Origin: Podospora anserina
Lineage: Eukaryota
DNA length: 64,000 nucleotides
Assembly (NCBI GenBank): GCA_017654855.1
Contig: CM030336.1
Span: forward strand, 620,001-684,000
Direction of reading: 5' to 3'
Each line of letters begins with the position of its first letter. The stretch's first letter is position 1. The translations under genes were made by a program, and so were the position numbers. Below, in pieces: positions 26,189-35,597 of the stretch. The notes under the pieces were generated by a model. It saw only the letters and a program-made list of their open reading frames with translations, had not been told where the DNA came from and did no database searches.

Positions 26189-26959
26189 ATGTCCTGTCAC
26201 CAATACCACACTGTCTCAGACACCCATCCAACCACCGCCTCCACCACCACCGCAATCACTATCACAGGGGGGTCAACAACAACCACCACAGCAGCAGCAG
26301 CCACAACAGAATCAACCGCAACCCACACAGCAGCAGCAGCAGCAGCAGAGCTCGCATACCAGCAACATGCCATCCCACAGCAACCCCAACAGCCCATAAT
26401 CCCCCTCGAGCCCCCACCCCCCAACTTCGTCATCAACTCCCGCGCAGCCATGCAAGCTACCCTCGACGCCTGGACCCTCTCCCGGGGCTACTCCATGCGC
26501 ATCGCCGGCGCCAAAGTCACCGGCAAGCGAAAAGTCCGCTGGGTCTGCTTCCGCGGGGGCGAAGCCCGCCACCACCGACCCCCCGTCGACCCCTCGGTGT
26601 TTGTCAAAGCTAAAGAAGAAGGCCGTCGGAAGCCCACCACCGACAGAACCTCCAAGAAGTGCGGTTGTCTCTTCAAGTTTGAGGTCATCGAGACGGCGAA
26701 GGATAGTGACGTCTAGGTGCTACACTATCCGAACGAAGAGCACAAGGTACACAACCACGGGCCGAGCACGGATACCAGCGATCCACGAGCGAGGAAGCTG
26801 CCTGATTTTGTGAGTGCAGAGGTGGACGGCTGGCTGAGGGAGGGGAGGTTGGTGAGCCAGATCCAAGAAGAGCTGAGGAGGAGGAGGGGGTATGTAAATG
26901 TGTTAAGTACGGACCTGTACAACCGGAAAAGGTTGCTGAAGAAGGAGGAGAGTCAGTAG
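26189..26959 (+). CDS. MULE-transposase-derived FAR1/WRKY-GCM1-type Zn-finger protein without DDE domain, interrupted by one in-frame TAG (26714-26716)
   Basis: AWTLSRGYSM...VCFRGG...RTSKKCGCLFK...DV*VLHY...HKVHNH...RKL...G..VSQI...DLYNRKR. ORFs 26150 and 26717 are in the same frame either side of the TAG. Confidence 0.65.
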
Positions 26960-26999
26960 CAGGGGAATAATGCATAGGGAGGCGGTCAGGGTGGGCAGC

Positions 27000-27880
27000 A
27001 GCAGGTTGTGGGGTGACTTTCTCTATTCTGTTATGTGTTTTTTCATTTTTTCTTAGAGTGCTTTAGAAGGAAAGTTTTTTGCTTGGTTTTATTTCCGGAG
27101 CTATAAGAAGGAAATGGAAGGTCATTTTGATATCTGGTTTGTCTTTTCCTCTTTTCTTGTGAAGAGGAAAAGCAGATTATACTGGGGCCAAGGGGGCGGG
27201 TTATGATTTACGAAGTGATGACAAGTTTTTGATCATTTCGAGGCTAGAATAGGTATTTAGAATGAAAGGTAATATGACCTTTCAGAATTTCTATCAATTT
27301 CTTTTATTTAGCGATTCTTACACTGGACACAAGAGGTGTGTTAACCAACAATAAAAAGGGGCTGCCAAGAATACCCCTGAGTGAAAGTGGATCTAGAGTT
27401 AAAATGTTGTGGTTGAACTAGGTAACTAAGGCACCTCACCATCCATTATAAGTTTTTCCACGGAAAATCTATAAGATATGTTGTTTCTTTTTTAACTACC
27501 TGGTAAATAACAGGACACATATATTAAACCTGTGTAAGACCCGAGAAGATCGATAGAAGCGTTAAAGTGGGCTGTACCCCAGGTACGTAAAAAGGGGATT
27601 CGTTGTAGATGACTCGTCCACCACACTAGAGATAAAGAGAAAATAATATGAGGGCTAACAAAAGAAACTAAGCTATTGAGAATAGAAAGATAAGACTAGC
27701 TAAACACCACCATTAAACGCATATCGTACACTGTCCATGATCCTTTTGTACTACTTAGACTTAGCCCCTGTCCTTTTGGTTTCTATGCTCTCTCACTGCG
27801 GTATAGGTACCTACCCACTTTAAGAGCTGTGGGGGTGGCAAGGTCTAGACTTTTGTGATGGACTTTAATATCGTGCTAGC
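27000..27880. other. AT-rich, TpA-rich non-coding tract (possible RIP-degraded relic)
   Basis: Visibly AT-rich relative to flanks; no ORF of 60 aa or more between 26975 and 27855. Confidence 0.45.
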
Positions 27881-27907
27881 AGCTAATTATGCATCGACTT
27901 TTCTCCC

Positions 27908-29915
27908 CTACGTTAGCGTCACTCCGTCGGCGAACCTAAATAGCAAGACTTCTCCTGACCGAGACCCGATAGCTACCCGGTTTCCTTGGACCCAGGCGCT
28001 CAGGGCTTTAGGACCCGGCCTGTATTGCTCAGGGAGACATAGGATGCCTTTGTCCCTCCACATGATCCATCCTGAAGTGTTTAATGATATCGGGAATTCG
28101 TTTGGTGGCGGACGTTGTGCGGTGTTGCTAGCTATCTTGTTATTCGTGTCGATATACTAAGGCCTCCTCTCTATCAGAACCTAGTTGCTGGACGAGGGAT
28201 TGGGTTAAAGAGAGCGATTATTTACTGATGGATAGACTTGAAGAGAGCGAAAGGGCCCGACACTAATGACGGCCTGACACTCGCCGCTCTCGATATGCCA
28301 AATCCTGATGCCATCCAAGGACGAGGAGAGTAAACGCAAACCATCTGGATAGAAGGTAACTTCCAAGAAAGCCTCTTTATATGTTAAGACCTTGTAAGCC
28401 TTATTGGTTCCGTTTTCGGACTCTGGCTCCTCATTGGAGCTGCTGTCTTGACCTGTTGTGATAGTATTTGTCGTCAAAGTCAGCTGCCAAAGGTGAATTG
28501 TAACATCGTCGCCGCATGATGCGAGGAGATAACCGGTGGGCGAGAAACAAACTTTGCGAATATAGTCGGTGTCGCCCTTAAAACGCTTGGTTCTGATGAC
28601 GATTCTCTCTGCCCTCTTCTCAGGAGCAGTCTTGTTTGCCTCTACTTTGATAGTATCACCGTAGTCCGAGTTCCTGTCGTCCGAGTCACTGCTGCTCGAG
28701 TCACTGCTGTCCGAATCACTGCTATCCGAGTCGCTGTTGCTGTCCGAGTCGCTGTTGCTGTCCGAGTCGCTGCCATCCTGATCACAGTTCCCTTAATCAA
28801 GGTCCCACACACGTACCGTACCGTCATCACACGCAGAGGCTAGTTGCCGGCTGTCTGAGGAGAAAGCAGCACTGCGCACCCTGTCATCGTGATCCGAGAA
28901 CCTATGGGTACATGCTGCCGTTCTTGTGTCCCACACTTTGACGCAATAATCATTTGATGCCGAACTGAACCATTTGCCGTCTTCAGAAAGACAAGCCACT
29001 GGATTTGACCATGATGACCTTGCATTGAACTTTTGAGCTCTCCCGTATTCCCATCCCACAAACAGATTCTTCCGCGTGAGTCTCCGGAGGCCAAGTGCTG
29101 TCCGTCGAGGGAGAATCGGACAATGTCGATACGGCCTGAGTGTTCCTCAACATACTCGGGTTTGTCACTAGCTACATTGCTTCCAGGCCGTCGTTGATCA
29201 TACTGCCTGGCTGCTTCGAGATCCCAGAGACGTACGGTGTTGTCAGCTGAACTTGACAACGCTGTCGATCCGTCAGGAGAACAAACCACACACTTGATGC
29301 GCGATTCATTCTGAATTGTCCACCCCTGCTTGTTGTCAGGCTCGTTCAGATCCCACATCTTCAGTATTCTGTCGTCAGATGCCGAAACAAGACAGGGCCG
29401 GTACCCTGCAAACGACAGACTGACTACTGCATCCTTGTGACCAGAAAACGTCTTTACCGGTGCTCCTCTAACGCCTAATTGTCAAAGGAAAATATGACCA
29501 TCCTCTGAACCTGCAGCAATCCATTGCGAGTTGGGAGAGCAACAGACACTCCTCAGCTTTTCGGTCGCTTCCATCGTGTATCGTTCCTGACCGTTGTCCG
29601 GCGTGCAAACGGCCAATACCGTAAGCCACCACAAGATCACCTCCAGGTGTAAAGCATATTACCATGATGCAGGATGGCAGCTTCCACGAATGCACTAGGC
29701 TATACGACGGGAGACTCACCACACTCACTACGTCTCCTGCACTCACCGCCAGCATAAGGCTTTTGCTATCCGTTGAGAATGCAATGCCACCAGTCCCATT
29801 CAGTTGCGCATTGCTTTACAACCCCAATTCCTCCATCCCAAACTGCCTCTTCCACGTAGGGAGACCCCCGCGCCAGATGATCAGTCTGCCGCCCACCACG
29901 CCGCCAATCTCCAAC
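27908..29915 (-). pseudogene. WD40 C-terminal half of a NACHT-WD (NWD-type NLR) gene; 5' part missing
   Basis: WD repeats VVCSPDGSTALSSSADNTVRLWD, VRFSLDGQHLASGDSRGRICLWD, SASNDYCVKVWD, ASACDDGTVRVWD; NWD-type tail WIMWRDKGILCLPEQYRP...VQGNRVAIGSRSGEVLLFRF ending TAG at 27908-27910. Stops (28793, 28205) and frameshifts. Confidence 0.85.
28660..28775 (-). repeat. 15/18-bp degenerate tandem repeat encoding DSNSDS/DSSDS inside the WD40 remnant
   Basis: Plus strand gtccgagtcgctgttgct x2 plus gtccgagtcactgct variants. Confidence 0.85.
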
Positions 29916-29944
29916 TAGTTTAGTCGTCTAACATAACTACGGAG

Positions 29945-32900
29945 CCCATTGGGAGTAAGGCGTTGAGAGAATTCGTTAAGATCATTGCTAACGAGGAGGT
30001 ATACCTTTCTTTTGAGGATCCAGGTTAGACATCGTCAAACACCAGCAAGGGTTCTCTCACAAAAAAGTGCAAAATGTTACATTGGAAAACCAAAAGCTAA
30101 GAACAACGCCGTTTTACCGCACCGCTTACATCGGCAACTCTATTGTTATCCCTATTATAATAGGCTTTTTGGACGCCTACTAACGGAAGCAGCCCGCTCC
30201 GCCGGGACCATCTCACACCCAACTCCTAACCAACATTTTAAGAAGCGTCGAGCACGATCATGAGAAAACCGCTCTCAACTTAGCAACTAGAGACGTAGAT
30301 ACACCTGCGAAGCTCGAAACCCTCACTGAGCTCCTGAAATAGCCTGAGATCGCTGATAGTCCCGACACAACTTTTACGGATGCATTGCTAGCGGGAAGAG
30401 TGACTATTGTAAGGGAGTTTCTTAAGATACCCGATCTGGTTCAGAAATTTATTACAGCGGACAATATTATTAAAGCCCTAGATATATAACATGACTTATA
30501 ACCTTAACCTATCAAACTAAAGTTACCCGACCGTGGGGAGCCGGAAAACGGGGCCCTGGGCGACAGGAATAAAAATCTTGGATCCTGGGAAGGCGGGTCT
30601 ATCAGTTATCGTGACCTCGATAACCAGGATAGCGGGAAGGAGGATAACGTTGAGGACGAGGACTAAGTTCACTAACAAGACCCCCAACAGAGTATGTTCG
30701 ATGGTCAAACCGAGATCCTACGTCTCCTGCTAGAATCTGCAGATAAAGACAAATACACCCCCGGGGTGATTCATAAGATCGTGGAGCTCGATGCCATGGA
30801 TATCTGGGCAGGAATATGGGAAACGGTGCTGGATTCTGAGCTTGACACATCATGGCTGCTCCATCTCGCAGTATCTTATCAGAACCTTCAGTTCGTGAAG
30901 CATTTTATTAAAAATTATCCGGATTCTGTTCTTTCGACGGCCCATATATACGACTCCTTATGCCTACATGCAGTGTTAAAATCTACGAGAAAAGTGGCAT
31001 TGGGAACCACCAACGATGCGAACATCCAGGAACCAAGAAACGGTTCACATTACTCGCTATGGTACAACAACAGAACTTGGTCACAGACAGGATGGACGAA
31101 GCGCACTGCTGATGGCCAAGGGACCCAAGCTGAAATCCGGCGCGAACTGGTTATGGAGACCATCAAGAAGACCCAAACAATGCAGAAGTTGTTGGAAATA
31201 TTGGAAAGTTCAGAAGGTATATTTTCCCAGCGATCGCGGTGTGAATGCTTGAAGTTGAGTTTAGTTAACGTTTCCCCTTGCCCTTAAAACCCAGTAAGTA
31301 ACAACAGGACACCACAAGCGAGGTACCTAGTTTGATCGAGTTTTAACTATTTCTTTTTCCTACTAATAGTTAAGGAACTTTGCTTCGACATGTCACAGTT
31401 CGATTTCAAATCGTATCGCGTACGGGACTTCGTCCATTCCTTAACCATGCACCAGGAGCATCAAGAACTTCTAAGCTACGAAGAAACCATTAAATACGCC
31501 AGGTTCCCAGCCCTTGATACCTACCCGGACAGTAGCAACACCATCCTGCTTCCAATCAGAGAAGAGCACAGTGAGGTGTTTGACATACTGGACTGGTTAT
31601 ATCAAACCAAGCATGTCAGAACGATTTTGGATCTCAAGGTTCTTGACCGACTTATCAACCCACACAGCGAACGCGATATTGCACAATATGTCCAGGATTT
31701 CGGGGTTGAAATCCTCGATTGGCGCTTTCTGGACATGTCGCTTTCCGTTTTCAGTGATGAGACGAAGAAGAGAATTCGTGGTCTCCATTTGTACTCCAGC
31801 GGGAAGATGGCAGCGATCAGTCACTGGCTGAATGAGAAAGATGGGTTGAGGACTTTTGAGAATTTAAGTCACCATATGAACGGATGCTGTGTGATGTCGG
31901 GGAATGGCCAGAGTCTGGGTACTCATGTGCGGACGTCGTCTGCCTGATTTGAACTGACGGTATTATAGCTTGAATTTGTTTGGATACATGTTGTTCAGGA
32001 CATGATGACAAAGGAGAAATATTTTGCGACTCGAAACTACTTCAAAAAGAAGCTCAGCGCTTTTAATAAACCAGGTTGGATAGTCCCTCCGGTTCGACCT
32101 TGGAATCCGACACAGGAGAAATTGCCCAGCCTAGAAGATATGTAAGTACAATCCTCATCTATTTGTCACAGAATTCAACTGACCCATGGATCCGCCTACA
32201 TTAGAGCCCAGAGAGCTTTTCCCAAATTATCACGGTTTATCCTAAGTTATCGAGACTATGCGACGGGGACTGCAATTTCTGAGGAAAAGTGTTGGGCTGG
32301 TGACCTAGGAAAGTCACTGGCTGCGAAAATGAGGCCAAAATTGGCCAGAAAAAATGGTAAACAAATTAGTATTACTGTAGTTGGTTGTTTGTCAAGAAGA
32401 AAACAGTAAGAAAATCCAGCCCCAAGAGCAAACCGGTGTGGGTCTGGGAAAACCCAGGCCCTTCAGTGTCCCACAAAAAGCGATTGGGACATCGACCTAT
32501 AAAGATCGCAGTTATTGATAACGGTATCATGAGCATAACACCTGCACCTCCAAACACCATCGTCAGCAGCAAACCTCGCCGAAACGGGATCAGATCCCGA
32601 GAGCCAAAAGGAACGAGCGAAAACATGAAGAGAAGAACAGATGTAACCGCAGGGAAGATTCGCGCTAGCGACCAGCTGAGATCGATCAATGGTGCAGGTA
32701 TCAAACCTGGCGATGACGAAAACCCCGAGGATCGAGAGAAACAGCCCCGTACCCTGTGGTCCCGCGTACAGAGCGGGCGGTCGTTTGTCGACGACGAAGG
32801 TCAAGTGAGCCCCTGGATGTTCGCCTCCGACCCCCACGGCACCCAGATGGCCAATCTTATTTGCGCCATCGACCCGTTATGCAAGCTCTATATTACCAAA

Positions 32901-33605
32901 GTAACCGACAGTAACAAGTACGGCATCACACCGCAACGCGTGGCTAAAGCCATCGTCTGGGCAGTCGATAATGATGTCGACATTATCTCAATGAGCTTCT
33001 CTATAGTGGAAACTACGAATAAGTTCGACGCGGTTATCATTCAGGCTCATTCTAGGGGGATTATCTTGATGTGTAGCAGCCATGATGAGGGGGTGGTCGC
33101 GCCAAAGAGCTTTCCAGCAAGTTACGATGAGACACTCACTATTGCTGCATGTGACGAATATGGCGCGCTGCTTCGGGAAGTAAAGGATAAAAACGGCTTC
33201 AAATATAAGCTCAACGCCCTCAACATTGCCGCCGGGTCAGTTCCGTTTCTTAACTCAAGTGAGCGTATCTCTGGCAGTTCGGTTACCACCGCCATAGCAT
33301 CGGGCCTGAGCTCTCTCATTCTGTCTTGCGTTAGTCTGAACAACCCAGGTTGGGAGCAAAGCATTCCTGATCATAGCAACCAAAAGGAACAAGGGAAGGT
33401 GTTTAGGAGGAAAGTAGTTCAGAAATACCTACAGGCCATAGTAGTACCGGGATCAGATTGCTATCTGAGCTTAGAGAAGTTTAGGAATATAAATGTGCGA
33501 TTTCAGGATGGTCAGCTTATCAAGGCTCAGACGGTACTTGAACACGCTTTTACGAAGTTTCATGTTGATCACGCTATTAATAACACAGAGGGGCTCACGT
33601 TTTGA
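29945..33605 (+). pseudogene. Ankyrin-repeat + subtilisin-like (S8) serine protease gene; 5' truncated and stop-riddled, protease domain still open (32385-33605)
   Basis: Ankyrin-like TTPFYRTAYIGN, KTALNLA, LLHLAVSYQNLQFVKHFI; S8 triad IAVIDNG (D), DPHGTQMA (H), GSSVTTAIASG (S). In-frame stops at 30340, 30487, 30499, 30505, 30664, 30673. Confidence 0.8.
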
Positions 33606-34017
33606 AATTTTTAGTCCGAGTTGCTCGGAGCATGTTTGTTTTGGACCACTCTCGGTATCAATTAGGTAGATAAAGAGACTAGATAGCAAGGAGCTGGTTT
33701 CTTGACATCGTTAAACAAATGGGCTCTACCGTAACAATTGACAGAGTGTCATTTTTTCTGGACGGGTATAGTCAAAGCTAAAAGCACTGCCATATTGAAA
33801 TATAAAATTGGGCCCATTGGTAAGGTCGAACGAGAGGTTAGCGTTCTCGAGCAATTTTGAGGATCTTTTGGCCAAATTTTATGCAATCTCGCACAGAGCA
33901 GAGCAAACTGTCCCCCTGCCATTGTTCACAGATTTCTCAACCTCAGCAACAACAATCATTCCTCTCACCTGCACCATTCTTCACTGCTGTCTGCGAAATA
34001 GCTTCGGCCAAAAGAAA

Positions 34018-34581
34018 ATGACACCAACCCCCCTTCCAGAACTCCTCGCCACCCCCACCCGCCAACCCCTCTCCTGCTGCTCCCTCTCACTACCACTCCT
34101 GTCCACCCTCAACTCCCTCCTACCCGCCCCACCACACCTCACTCTATCAATCGGATCCGGTCCCGGCCTTTTCGAAGCCCTCCTTCTGCGGCACCACCCA
34201 GCTCGCTCTCACGGCTTCTACGGCGTCGAGGTGGCGGTCTCGTCTACACAACTAAACCGGAAACCGGTCAGTAGTTTCCTCCCGGAAGAGAACATCCTGA
34301 CCGTGAAGGGAACATGGGCTGTAGTGGATGAGGAGCTACTGGACAAGACCAGGGGTTTGGTGTTCGTTTACCCACGACAGCCTTCTCTGGTCAGGGCTTA
34401 TCTGGACAAGTGGCAGGGCGGCGAAAAAGGAGAGGCGGTGGTGGTCTGGATTGGACCAAGGGCCGACTTGGAGATGTTTGCGCCGGTGTTTGAGGAGTGG
34501 GCCGGTGGGAAGAAGGGAGAGTATAGGGGGGAGGGTGCGGTAGAGGAGGGAGAGGGGGTATGGGTTTACCGGAGGAGATGA
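34018..34581 (+). CDS. Small class-I SAM-methyltransferase-like hypothetical protein
   Basis: LTLSIGSGPGLFEALL, YGVEV, LVFVYPR, VVWIGPRAD; clean ORF from ATG 34018. Confidence 0.55.
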   Translation: MTPTPLPELLATPTRQPLSCCSLSLPLLSTLNSLLPAPPHLTLSIGSGPGLFEALLLRHHPARSHGFYGVEVAVSSTQLNRKPVSSFLPEENILTVKGTWAVVDEELLDKTRGLVFVYPRQPSLVRAYLDKWQGGEKGEAVVVWIGPRADLEMFAPVFEEWAGGKKGEYRGEGAVEEGEGVWVYRRR

Positions 34582-34758
34582 GCAATAGCTGGCAGATGAT
34601 GTGGAAAATACGATGGAGGCGTCGGGTTCCCTGCCAGGCATGATTTGCAGTCATGGAAAAGTATTCAGTATATTTGGCGCAGAACTTTGCGCATTGAATC
34701 CACGTATGATCTGGCACCACAGCCACAGCGTTCGACTGCATCCCTGTTACTTGTGCTT

Positions 34759-35307
34759 CTAAGGTCTTCCCCTCGGCTTGGTTGGGGGAGGCATCTTCTC
34801 AAGCGACCCGTTCTCCCCCAGTTCCATACTCCTCCCCGCCTCCTCGTCCCGCACCAAACCCCTCCTCGCCCTCCTCGCCCTTCGCACAACAACGACCCAC
34901 ATCAAGAGCCAAATCGACACCAGCGGCATCAACGTAATCACCAACAACAACGTTCCACACCCTGGCTCATTCTCATAATCGTCAAACTAATTCAAAATCG
35001 TCAACGCAAACCCAGGCGACGGAGCAAGTGTGCCGAAGGACACAAAGCCTTCGACAGCGAGTCCGAGCTCTTCATCCGTCATGCCCGGCTCGATGGGTGG
35101 CGGGTGGAAAACCCAGATGGATTTTGGAATGCAAAGAGCAGACTCGACGCGCTGGCCGAGACGGATGATGGAAGCGCTGCGGGGGATGACGAGCTTTGTG
35201 ACGAGGTTGGAGATGGAGTTGAGGTACCAGCCTAGAAAGAGGTCTTTGATGGTGTCGTCGGGGTTGGTGAAGCCGTTGCTTGGTTTGGGGAGGAGACGGT
35301 TGGGCAT
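34759..35307 (-). CDS. Small single-TM hypothetical protein interrupted by one in-frame TAG (34987-34989)
   Basis: ORFs 34987-35307 and 34759-34950 are in the same frame: ...FALTILN*FDDYENEPGCGTLLLVITLMPLVSIWLLMWVVVVRRARR... Confidence 0.45.
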
Positions 35308-35597
35308 GGTTGGTTCTGCTCTGGGTGGGTATGTAGATGATGACGGGACTGTAGTGTGTTGGAGGGGCTAAAGGTTTGATGGTTTTTGGAAAGTAGGTAC
35401 GGTGAGGTCGTGCGGTTGATTTAAGGTTGGAGTCACTCAGGTTGGTGGACACATGGCTTTACAGTCGGTGAAGTGGCGTTATAGTTTCTTTATTCAGGGT
35501 TCATGAGGTTTCTTTAGTGGGCTTCTGGTTTCAAGATACCTAAGACCTCCAATCCATGGTTAAGTGAAACTTGTCAGCCTTGTTGCAATACAAAAGA

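Noticed and set aside
26150-27900. Intact MULE transposon
   Set aside because: No DDE catalytic domain, terminal inverted repeats or target-site duplication could be seen.
27908-29915. het-e/het-d (HNWD) allele
   Set aside because: The WD repeats are divergent from each other rather than near-identical, and no HET or NACHT domain is attached.
33808-34581. Gasdermin partner next to the S8 protease
   Set aside because: The sequence has a GxGxG methyltransferase-like motif and nothing recognisably gasdermin-like; an HMM search would be needed to exclude it fully.
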